DNA of 64,000 bases from Torpedo marmorata (taxonomy: Eukaryota). The DNA lies in NCBI GenBank assembly GCA_977017645.1, contig OZ360238.1:67332001-67396000 (forward strand). Direction: 5' to 3'. The notes beneath the pieces were generated by a model that did not search any database, was not told where the DNA came from, and saw only the letters and a program-made list of their open reading frames with translations. Below are positions 9,502 through 20,400 of the stretch, one piece after another. The position numbers and the translations under genes were made by a program. Within the stretch, counting starts at the first letter, position 1. The number at the start of each line of letters is the position of its first letter.

Positions 9502-10999
9502 ATTTAGAAAGAGAACTTTAGTGTAAAATATACTTAAATTGAATGCAAAAGCCCTAGATTGGGCAGTTTATCAGTGAGGTACAGATGAAATGAGGCTCAT
9601 GGAGGAGACTGCTGACTTTTGCATTCGATAATAAATATATGGATGGCAAAGTTCAAAGTTCAAATTTATTGTCAGAGTACATACATGACATGACATAACA
9701 TACAACCCTGGGATTCTTTTACCTGTGGGCCCGGCAGAATTTCTACTTATCAGTCACTGTAAACTGTACTCAAGAAGAAAGATATGTATACAAAAGAGAG
9801 AAATGTAAGCAAAGAAAGAAATGTGAACAAACCGACTGTGCAAATACAGGAAAATAAATATTCAGTAATAAATAATGAGCAAAGTAAGAGTCCCTAAATG
9901 AATCTGTTGTTTAGGAGTCTGATGGTTGAGGGGTAGCAACCATCAGACTCTTGTGCCTGAACCTGGTGGTACAAGTCCTGTGGCACCGATAGCTCTTTCC
10001 TGACGGCAGCAGTGAGAACAGAGCATGTCCTGGGAAGTGTGGATCCTTAATGATTGCTGCTGCTTTCCATCAGCAACATTCCCTGTAGATGTTCTCAATG
10101 GTGGGGAGAGTTTTGCCTGTGATGTACTGGGCTGTGTCCACTACCTTTTGCAGGGCTTTCCACTCAGAGGAAATTGGTCCCCCCATACCAGGCCGTGATG
10201 CAGCCGGTCAACACACTTTCCACTACACTTCTGCAGATGTTTGCCGAGGTTTCCGATGACATACCGAACCTCCACAAACTCCTGAGGAAGTAGAGGCGCT
10301 GACGTGCTTTCCTCACGATGACATTAGTATGTTAGGTCCAGGAAAGGTCCTCTGAGATTGTGACTCCCAGGCTCACCCTCTCCACCTCTGATCTCCCAAT
10401 GATCACTGGATTGTACCTCTGGTTTTCCCTTCCTGAAGTCAAAAATCAGCTCCTTGGTTTTGGTGATGTTGTGTGCGAGGTTGTTAGTACAGCATTCAGC
10501 CACGTTTTCAATCTCCCTTCTGTATGCTGACTCATCACCCCTTCATATACAACCCACTTCCGTGGTATCATCAGCAAATTTGTAGATGGTATTGTTGTCG
10601 TACCAAGCCACACAGTCATAGATGTAAAGCAAGTAGACCAGGGGGCTAAGTACACTCCCTGTGGTGCTCCAGTGCAGATGGAGATTGTGGAGATGGGTTT
10701 TTTTCCTATCCGCACTGACTGGGGTCTGGAGGGGAGGAAATCCAGGATCCAATTGTACAGTGAGTTATTGAGGCCCAGGTCTTGGATTTTTCTGATCTGT
10801 TTTGAGGGGGTGATGGTGTTGAATGCTGAACTGTGGTCAATATAGAGTAGTGATTCCCAAAGTGGGCGGTGGAAAGATCCAAGGGGGCCGTGAGGAAAAA
10901 GGGAGCGGTCAGGGGACATTGAGGAAAAAGGGGGCGGTCTGAACGTTTGTTTGTATCTTGGTTACGTGGTCTAGGATATTGGGCCTCGAAATTCCCGGC

Positions 11000-12349
11000 C
11001 GGGAAATGACGGGTGAACGAATCCGCCAGGAGATCTGGCCACAATCCTACTGCAGCGGAGTGGACCGTCGCCATACAATGGCCACCCCTTCTGACACTGC
11101 AGCTCCACCACTACTTCCTGCAGGGCATCGATGGATGCATGCAGGGCCTTGGTGTGGCCTGGAGGAGGCACCGACGGGGGATGGCCCAACCCGTGCCCTT
11201 TGCGGACGGATCCCATTCCATCGCTCAACTTCCCTGCACAATGCTCCTTCCAGATTGCATGCAGGGCGAAGGCAAATATCGCGTTGATCCGGTCCTAAGT
11301 TAGCCCTACATTCTTTTCTACCTTCCGGGCCCGAACACGCACGGCCCTCTCCAAGTACTCCAGCCCTTCCAGCAGTCTCCTTCGCTATCTTACCAACCAC
11401 TGGACAGATTAAAGACAGCACAATCCCCTTCAGATAGGGAAGGATGGTGGTAACTAGGTGTCCTGCCACTGTGGCGGTAATCCGGAGCCCTCAGGGGACT
11501 CACGGCCGTGGGCACCCTCATATAGTCCAGTAACTAGATCCCAGTCACTAAGGGCCCTAATCACATCCTTTACCGTACGCCACTCTGGCTCTGCCCGCAA
11601 CTGTAATTCCCACTGCAGCAAGGAGGGGCCCGTCACCCGGACAGCAGCTTCTTCCTGGACCCACAGGAATGTGTTACCCTCCATGGCCTCAGATGGTATC
11701 CGCAGGCCGTTGTTCATGGCTTCCTGACTGGATAACCCACCCAGATACCTGCTTCCGATGGGGTACGCTCACGCCGGTACCAACCGCGTCCCAGATCTGG
11801 AGCAGCCATGTGGCCACAGCTCAAACTACCGTACATTGACCAGCCTGCACGCTAGCTGCGTGCCTTTATTCTCTCTGGCCCAGGTTTCCCCATCGGGGAG
11901 CAACGCTGCAGCAGCGTTTACACCTCAAATTTTAACTGGGTGATCTCGTGTTCCTTTCTTCGCAAGGCTTCGTGTCGGTGCCGCAGGAAGACTGTCAGCA
12001 GCCAAAAGATCTCTCTATGGCTCCCCTTACATCCCGTGAACTCCGATTATTTGAGGAGGGACAAAAGATGGTGGCCAATCTCCTTCTCTTACAAGTTCAG
12101 GCTATCTGACCATTCCATCAGTTTGCGATGCTCCTCCAGCACGCTGGCCAGACATCCGAACCCAGCAGTATCTTTGATCGACCACGATACTCTGCCCCTG
12201 TACACATGGAGCCCTTCATTTTAGCCTTTTGCCAGAACATCGCTCCCACCCAATTGCCTGGTTGTTTTTCCTTGAACCATTCTCGTAGCGCCAATCTGTG
12301 GGAGGAAAACAAGTTCGAAGGGTTCAAATAGTGACAATCCTCGCTACCA
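11000..12349 (-). pseudogene. Decayed class III (ERV-L/Fv1-like) retroviral PBS, leader and gag carried inside the Charlie element
   Basis: PBS-like TGGTAGCGAGGATTG at 12349-12335; frameshifted peptides ATWLLQIWDAVG, PEWRTVKDVIRAL, ESPEG and LPYLKGIVLSLICP in the order of recalled ERV-L gag motifs WEWILRVWDNGG, LPWFNVEEGIQRL, EGPED and PASLKSSVIALLCRP. Confidence 0.6.
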
Positions 12350-12400
12350 GGGGCGTAGCTAGGGGGGGAGCAGATTTTTCAAAAGTGGCACCTTTTCAGC
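12348..12400 (+). mobile_element. Orphan terminus of a second hAT-like element
   Basis: CAGGGGCGTAGCTAGGGGGGG start; no partner TIR found. Confidence 0.45.
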
Positions 12401-12419
12401 CTGGCATTGCCCATGGCCC

Positions 12420-12545
12420 TAAGCGGAACTTTTGAAAACGTTTTGAAGAGCAGCTGCGCGGCAAGCCGCGAGCCAGCGTTCAATCGGAGGGCGTCCCGTG
12501 TTCCATTGGAATGGCAGGGAATGGTCTGTGGGATCCGATTGGGAG
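12420..12545 (+). promoter_or_regulatory. Captured MASTL promoter/5' UTR with two CHR-like TTTGAA motifs
   Basis: TTTGAA at 12431 and 12442, CGGAA ETS-like core, CpG-rich, directly upstream of the kinase ATG. Confidence 0.5.
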
Positions 12546-12731
12546 ATGGAGGTTCCCAGCACCGATGACGCTAGTCCTGCCGTCCCGTACAGGAATGTGA
12601 AGGCAATCAAGGTGCCGGCTGCCCCCAGCATCGAGGACTTCATTATTATCCAACCCATCAGCCCTGGGGCATTCGGTAAAGTGTACCTGGCTCGGAAAAA
12701 ACACCCCGAGAATAAGGTGTATGCAGTCAAG
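12546..12731 (+). pseudogene. MASTL: Captured MASTL/Greatwall kinase exon 1 (62 codons)
   Basis: [62 protein letters not shown] matches recalled Greatwall [26 protein letters not shown]...LYAVK; ends at donor-like GCAAGT; no further kinase exons seen. Confidence 0.88.
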
Positions 12732-13074
12732 GCAAGTACTGGATTTGGTGGTCAGCTGAAATACGATAGCTGAAGATTTACTGTAATCAAGACAAAACGA
12801 GCCACGTTATGTCTTTTGGTGTTCTAGTGCAGAAAGATTGTAATTTTCACGTGACATTTGGGCATGTGTAGGCGTGCTTGGTGGCTGTGGGGCAGAACTC
12901 GCTCGTCCACAGCGGGCCTGTGGTCCTCGCGATTGATCCTGCGATGGGACCACTTTGTTGGGCAGCGAGGCCGGACCATCCCACCCGCTCTGCTCACCAA
13001 GCCTCCCGGCCCAGTCATCCTACCCGGCGGGGATGGGTCTGTGTTTGAAGTGAAATCAAGCACATTAGAGTCAA

Positions 13075-13318
13075 AAGTAAATCACGAAAATCTGTAGACA
13101 CCGTGGTTGAAGTAAAAACACAAATGCTGGAGAAGCTCAGCAGGTCAAACAGTGTCCTTTATGTAGCAAAGATAGAAATACATAACCGACGTTTCGGGCT
13201 TGAGCCCTTCATTTACTTTGATGAAGGGCTCAAGCCCGAAACGTCGGTTATGTACTTCTATCTTTGCTACATAAAGGACACTGTTTGACCTGCTGAGCTT
13301 CTCCAGCATTTGTGTTTT
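13075..13318. mobile_element. Penelope-derived palindromic insertion
   Basis: Near-perfect hairpin centred at about 13214; flanked by 14-bp direct repeat CACATTAGAGTCAA (13061-13074 / 13319-13332). Confidence 0.85.
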
Positions 13319-13466
13319 CACATTAGAGTCAAGCCAGTTTTATAAAAAATATGAGCAGCGTTTGAAGTGAAATGCAGTACATCAGAGCTGTGGCTGCCAA
13401 TTTAAAAAGGTGATGTGTATCTATCTACAAGTTACAAGGGTGAGACACAATAGTTGTTGTTTTAAA

Positions 13467-13791
13467 TTTGCTCCTTTCTCCACCTATCATCTCCTGCATT
13501 CGCCACCCCTTTCCCCATCCCCCACTCTTTTGTTCGGACACCTGCCGGCATTTTCTCATAATCCCTTCTCCCCCTCATTACTGCTGTCCCCTCCCTCCTT
13601 TCTCCACCTATCATCTCCTGCCTTTGCCACCTCTTTCCCCATCCCCCACTCTTTTGTTCGGACGCCTGACGGCATTTTCTCATACTTTGATGAAGGGCTC
13701 AAGCCCGAAACGTCGGTTATGTATTTCTATCTTTGCTACATAAAGGACACTGTTTGACCTGCTGAGCTTCTCCAGCATTTGTGTTTTTACT
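13467..13791 (+). mobile_element. Penelope 3' terminal fragment with internal duplication
   Basis: CT-rich segment duplicated, then TGATGAAGGGCTCAAGCCCGAAACGTCGG...CCTGCTGAGCTTCTCCAGC. Confidence 0.75.
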
Positions 13792-14064
13792 AATACCAAG
13801 AAAGAGGTGTGTGTTCGTTGTATGTGTATGTGTGTGGGGGGAAGGGGGGGGGGGCGCTAGGGATGTGTCCTGGGAGCCAAGGGGGCGGCAGCCCGAAAAC
13901 GTTTGGGAACCACTGATATAGAGCATCCTCATGTATGCATATTTGCTATCCAGGTGTTCCAGGGCTTTGTGTGAGCCAGTGAGATGGCATCTACCGTAGA
14001 CCTGTTTGCCGCTCAGACAGGAACTGATGTGCTTCAACATCAGTTCAACATGTGCTTCAACTCT

Positions 14065-14700
14065 TGACGACCGTTGAGGTCGTCCAGAGTACCAAGTTTC
14101 TTGGAGTGCACTTGGCGGAGAATCTCACCTGGTCCCTCAACACCAGTTCCATAGCCAAGAAAGCCCAGCAGCGCCTCTACTTCCTGCGAAGGCTGAGGAA
14201 AGTTCATCTTCCACCCTCCATCCTTACTACATTCTACAGAGGATGTATTGAGAGTATTCTGAGCAATTGCATCACCGCTTGGTTTGGAAACTGTACCATC
14301 TCAGACCGTAAGACCCTGCAGAGGATAGTGGGGTCAGCGTAGAAAATTATTGGTGTCTCTCTTCCCACCACGACGGACATCTACAACACACAATGCATGC
14401 GAAAGGCAAATAACATTGTGAAGGACTTCTCACACCCCTCTTGTAAACTTTTCTCCCTTCTGCCATCTGGAAGGAGGTACCGAAGCATTCGGGCCCACAT
14501 GTCCAGATTGTGCAACAGCTTTTCCCCCCAAGCCATCAGGCTCCTCAATTCCTAGATATATATGTGTATTAGCATGTTATAGTTTTTTATTGTATTATGC
14601 TATTTATGTAAATTTGCTCATGGTCCTGGAGAAACGCTATCTCGTCTTTACTGTGTATATGGTAATGAATGACAAATAAAGGTGACTTGACTTGACTTGA
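14065..14700 (+). mobile_element. Rex1/Babar-type LINE 3' fragment
   Basis: KFLGVHLAENLTWSLNTSSIAKKAQQRLYFLRRL; tail GACAAATAAAGGTGACTTGACTTGACTTGA. Confidence 0.85.
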
Positions 14701-15914
14701 CCAGCCAATCTGATCTGGTTGACACTTTGTCCCTGTACATTGCATGGTTAGCAAAGCAGTAACTCGACTTTAATGATGTATTCTGAGGCCCCTCCCCGAA
14801 ACACCCTGATAATAAATCAATCTTGCCGAAAGCTTGTGGGTGTCCCTGGAAAAATAATGGTGTAATATATTGAATTAACAGCACCTTCAATTAATTTTAA
14901 AACTTTAAAATAAAAGAAACTTAGCCTTCATCTTTTTACTCAGGGCCAGTAACCCAACTCAAACGAAGGGGTTTGTGGTACTCATGCCTGTGGAACATAA
15001 AGTGTATCAGGGTGAAAGTGGGAGCTAGATTCAGAAACACCCGACCTTCAGTTCCTCCCTGCCTTCCACATTTCAATAGGTCTGAGAGGATTTGGAAAGC
15101 AAGTTGCTGATGGCTAGATCCAGCATGTTGTTATAACTGCCGCAATACTGAGGTCAATACATAGAAGCACGTGGTACACATAAAAGTGAAAATACCATAA
15201 TATGACATTTACATTCTTATTGTCGGAGCTAAAATGCAACAAAAACTTCAAGTATCATGATTGTCAGACAGAGCAAATCTCCATCACTGACCCTTTCTAG
15301 GTTGGAAAAGGCAACCGCTTATGTAGAGCAAATAGAGGTGATTATGAAAGTTGCGTTACAAAAGCAGCACTCCTTCCAAACTGTGCATGACAGCATCCGC
15401 CACATCAGCCTACCACATTAATTTCCTGTCCACCCACTGCCAGCATACAGTATACAACCCCAGCCTCTCACCTCCCACTGCCAGATTGGGCAATCCCAGT
15501 TGTCAGATTATCTCTCCACTACGGCTGCTGGAATGGCCTTTTTCTCTTGCGCTGCTGTAAGTCATTCTGCTTCTGTTCTCAAACTGTCCCTCCTAATCTT
15601 GAAGACTGCACTTGCACCCTGACCAATTCAACATTAAAGAGTTAAAGTTCTTGCTTATTCTATTGATGTCTTTATACTGCAGGTATGCATGCAGATTTCA
15701 AGCTTTTGAAAGTTTTTCAAATCTCGCAATCTGGGCAACAAATTTTCCCATTCCATGCACTGCATTATTTGTGAGAAATGAGCAGCTCTCAGTCATCTGA
15801 ACTGAGGACAGGGTGTGAATAACTGCTCTAGATTTTTGATAAAAAGGTGATTTCCCAAAATGGAAGGTCCAAAGGGGCGCAACAAACATAGATATCCACC
15901 TAATTTTCATGGTA

Positions 15915-16661
15915 CAGTAAAATCCCTATTATCCAGCACCTAAAGGGATCGCGGATGCCGGATATGCAAATTTTCCGGTTGACTGAGACTCACTCTTACA
16001 ATGCCTAACTAATACACCTGCATTAAGAATACACCATTTAAAAGACAGTGCAAAATGTAAAGTAATTTGAAAAAAAATCAGTATTGTAGTCTTTAATTAT
16101 GTAAAAATCACTTTAATCAAGTAATTCCTGTAACTTACAAAATTTAAATTTAAATTTGAACTCTGGTCGCTGGCGCTGTAACAGCGTTGCGGTAACCGCT
16201 ATGCTAACCATGCCATCGTCATTATTAAACCCCCCTCACCCAAGTTTACAGATAAAGCCTTACTAATATGCTTAATAATATACTAATAAAGATAAAGAGT
16301 CTTACCAGGCAGGAATAGGGAGACACTTTGGGAGAGCTTCTCCAGCGGCGAGCTCTTCATCCTGGGCGACGCCATTTTATTCAAACACAACTTTATTGGA
16401 ACTTTATTCAAACAGCTGCTGCGGGCGGGGCACGACCGGGGCGCTCCGCTGGCTGAATGTTTGCTCCCATCTTCACCAAGGGTTTGTGTGTTGCTTTGAA
16501 GATTTGAAGAGCATATACTTTTACAATTTTAAACTTTTATTTAAATTTTTTTTTATTCTTACTTATTTTAAAAAAATATATATTTATGTATTTCCTTGAA
16601 TTTTTTTGCCAGTTGTTTGAGTTTCCAGTTGATTGAATGCCGGATAATGGGGATTTTACTG
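15915..16661. mobile_element. Tc1/mariner-superfamily (Tigger/pogo-like) MITE with captured CpG-rich insert
   Basis: TIRs CAGTAAAATCCCTATTATCCAGCA and TGCCGGATAATGGGGATTTTACTG (2 mismatches in 24); TA on both sides. Confidence 0.88.
16306..16375 (-). pseudogene. Candidate captured first coding exon of an unidentified gene
   Basis: AAAATGG Kozak context; MASPRMKSSPLEKLSQSVSLFLP plus 1 nt, then donor GTAAG; upstream two TTTGAA motifs and a GC box. Confidence 0.55.
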
Positions 16662-16704
16662 TAATTATCTTTTAACATGCAATAATTCTTATGTAGTGAA
16701 TTAT

Positions 16705-17302
16705 TAGAATCAGAATGAGAATTTATTGTTATGATCATGACACAAAATTTGTTGTTTTGCGGCAGCATTACAATGGCAACATTGCTCTAAAATTACATTT
16801 AAAAATAAATAAATTAGTGCAAAAATAAGAAAAAATGAGGTAGTGTCTGTGGTTCATTGTCCATTCAGAAATCTGATGGCAGAGGGGAAGAAGGTGTTTT
16901 TGTACCATTGGATGATCGTCTTCAGGCTCCTGTACCTTCTTCCTGATAGCAGCAGTGCGAAAAGGGCATGGCCTGGGTGGTGGGGATCCTTGAGGATAGA
17001 GGCTGCTGTTTTAAGACACCACCTCTTGTAGATGTCCTTGATGGAGTGAAGACTGTTGCCCATGATGGCGCTGGCCGAGTTAACAACTCTCTGTAGCCGC
17101 CTTCTGTCCTGGGCATTGGCACCTCCATACAAGACAGTGATGCAACCAGACAGAATGCTCTCCACGGTACACCTGTGGAAATTTGCAAGAGTCTTTGTTG
17201 ACATACCAAATCTCCTCAAACTCCTTACGAAGTATAGCTGCTGGCGAACCTTCTTCATGATTGCATCGACATAGAGGCCCCAGGACAGATCCTCAGAGAT
17301 AT
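16705..17302 (-). mobile_element. Rex1/Babar-type LINE 3' fragment
   Basis: ORF 16854-17258 ...ASILKDPHHPGHALFALLLSGRRYRS; tail with AATAAATTCTCATTCTGATTCT. Confidence 0.85.
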
Positions 17303-17435
17303 TGTCATCTTATTGCAACTGTACGATGAGACACGAAGGGAATGCAAGGAATGAGTTACTCTGCCGTGTCTTAGGAAAAAAGTTCAGCCAGAGCAGCAAG
17401 GAATCCACGTATCTTTTTCAATTGATCAGTCATAC

Positions 17436-20400
17436 TGTCGCGATCGCGTACTTATCTGCATCGGGAGTGGTGCCGGGAGCCGCTGATGATGTAACCGAAG
17501 CGACACGCGGGAGTAATAGCACGCATGCGCGGGTTAGTTAAGCAGTCAGGGTGATGGATCTCGGACACAGGAGGAGGAGAGTGAGCGTCAGGATCACCTG
17601 TGTGGCGGTGAGCCAATGAGAAGGTCAGAGGGGTTTGGCTGGGTGGTGTTTGGGGAGTTGAAGGATGCAGTTTGTGTCTGAGGAGAATAAAGAAAGTCGA
17701 CTCCATTTTGTGCTGAAATAAATGAGTGAGTGTATTCTTTAATTGTGTGTAAACTGGGTAAATCAGTGTCGTTACAAGTGGTGACCCTGTGAGTTCACAG
17801 CACCTTCTAGTTTAAAATGGATAGTGATGAGGATAAACCCCTTACAGGAGTCGGGATGGTCAAACTGGAAATTTCCCCCCCCCATTTTTATTAATAATGC
17901 ACCAGCGTGGTTCACGATCCTTGAGGCACGTTTCTCCGCCCTCAGTGTGACAAATCAGAAGATGAAATACGGTTTACTTGTGGCGCGTCTTCCAGAACAG
18001 ATTGCCTGTGAAGTGGAGGATGTTTTAGTGGATCCGGATGGTAATCTCCCATACGACATCCTTAAGGCTGCTATTCTGCGGCGTACTCAGCCATCTTGGA
18101 AGACTCGTATTGCCAAATTACTCGCTGATGACAGCCTAGGCAATAGGCAACTGTCACAGATGTTAAGGAGATGGCGCAACTGCTTACTACACCTTGTGAA
18201 ACGCCAGCACCTTATCAATCGAAGATAACTGAGTTGGAGCAGCAAATGGCAGCACTGACTACGCAGGTCCAGGCTTTGGGGACGCAACAGAATTCCTTCT
18301 GTCGACCTGGTTGGAATCGTGGTGGTCGAGGACGTGGTAGAGGCGACGGGCAGTGTATTTGTTAGAAGCATTGGAGATCTGGTGCTGCCGTCTGGTCCTG
18401 CCAGCCACCTTCTACAAATGGCAGCCGGGAACCGACCAGGCCCGGCAGTAGAGGCCGCCGTCTCTTCCTCAAAGACCATCTCTTGGGTGATCAATTTATT
18501 GTCAATTCTGGTGCAGAGATTTCTGTGGTCCCTCCAACCCCTGAGGAATGCAGACACCCTAATATGTCATGTGTTCTTTTTTTTTAAAATATTTTATTTA
18601 TATTTTTTAAAGCCAAACATAATATCAATAACAAAAACAATACATCATTGAATATAATATTCATATTAGACAACTGATATATGTTGACTATTATACCAAA
18701 GGAAAAAAAAAGAAAGAGAAAAGCCCACCCACCCACTTCCCCCCAAAAGAAAGAAAAAAAAAGAATGGAATAAGAAAAAGTTGAAATAGAAAAAAAAAGA
18801 AACGTTGGAGGTTCGCCGTCTATTCCGCAGGCTTAAATGACTTGGCTTACTCGGATTTTGAAGGGGAAACGGACATAGGTCTTGGAGGCGAGGGGGGGCC
18901 TAACTATAGATTTACAGCTATATATTGAAAGTATGGATTCCAAATCTTTAAAAATATATCATATTTACATCTAAGATTATAGGTAATCTTTTCAAGGGGA
19001 ACACAACTATATATTTCCTCATTCCATCTTGTCATACCTCGATGGGAATCAGACTTCCATGTGACTGCTATACATTTCCTGGCCACCGCCAATGCAATGT
19101 CTACAAATTTTATTTGAAATTTTGACAGCCTCATCTTAGGTCTTACGCCAAAGACATTGCCCAATTAAAAACAATTCTGGACATTGTGGGAACTGAATTC
19201 CTGTAATTTGCTCTAAAAATTTCCCTTAGTCCATCCAGAAAGAACTTACCTTGGGGCATGACCAGGTTGAATATAAAAAGGTTTCTTTTTCTTTGCCGCA
19301 TCTAAAACATTTATCTGATATTTCTGATTTAAATTTGTTCAATTTTTGCGGCGTGAGATATAACTGGTGCAAAAAATTGTATTGTACCAGTCTATATCTC
19401 ACATTTATTGTATTTTTCATACTGTCCTGACATGTCGGAACAGCTTTGTTCATCAATTATTATATCTCATGTGTTCTTTCAACCGCAAATGATTCTCATT
19501 TTCAAACATATGGCCAGAGGTCACTCACGTTAGATTTATGTCTCAACAAACCTTTTCGGTGGGTTTTCATGGTTGCAAATGTGGCAAATTCTATTTTGAG
19601 AGTGGATTTCTTGTCACATTTTTCTTTGTGGGTGGATTTGAAAAATCGCTGTGTCGTGGACCGCAGCTCTTGTATGCAAGTGAGCTGCATCTGTCGTCCA
19701 TCCAACGTCGTCAGCCGCCTGACGAGCCTTCAACCTGGCTCCTGCCCTTTCCGAGCCTTGCTCAAGTGTTTCCCTCGCCAAGTGACCCCATCGTATCACC
19801 ATGGGGACATTAAACATGCAGTAACCCACCATATAGAGACCCAGGGTCCTCCGGTTGCAGCGCGGGCTCGTAGATTGCCCCCGGACCATCTTAAAATCGC
19901 GAAAGCGGAATTCGACCACATGCAAGAGTTGGGCATAGTCCGCAGATCTGACAGCTGCTGGGCGTCACTGTTGCATATGGTTCCAAAAAAATCTTCTGGA
20001 GATTGGCAGCCTTGTGGTGATTATCGTGCCCTGAACAATTCCAGCGTGCCTGACCGATACAACATTCCCAATTTACAAGACTTCTCAGCAAACGTGTATT
20101 TGCGAAAATAGATCTAGTACGTGCTTACTATCAGATTCCAGTTGAGCCTTCTGATGTCGCCAAGATGGCAGTAATTACCCCTTCCGGCACCTTTGAGTTT
20201 CTGCGAATGCCATTCGGTCTACAGATTGCAGCTCAGACATTCCAGCGGTTTATGGACCACGTACTCGCCGGCCTCAATTTTGTGTTTGTTTACATCGACG
20301 ATATTCTGGTCACAAGTGTGGATGAAGAGGAACACAAGCACCACCTTATCTCATTATTGCAGAGGCTTGAAGAATTTGGCATTGTGATCAATCCCAGTAA

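Larger units (their letters stand above)
10848..13915. mobile_element. Non-autonomous hAT-Charlie-like composite element (Pack-hAT)
   Basis: TIRs TAGTGATTCCCAAA and TTTGGGAACCACTG (12/14 match); perfect 8-bp TSD ATATAGAG (10840-10847 / 13916-13923); splits a LINE RT frame. Confidence 0.92.
9648..14040 (-). mobile_element. Decayed Rex1/Babar-type LINE interrupted by the Charlie element
   Basis: RT motifs [25 protein letters not shown]; reading ALEHLDSKYAYMRMLYI at 13916-13970 continues at 10847; tail GACAATAAATTTGAACTTTGAACTTT at about 9648-9675. Confidence 0.85.

Noticed and set aside
12546-12773. Functional MASTL gene
   Set aside because: Only exon 1 is present, inside a TSD-flanked transposon, with substitutions in the conserved KPISRG motif and no downstream kinase exons seen
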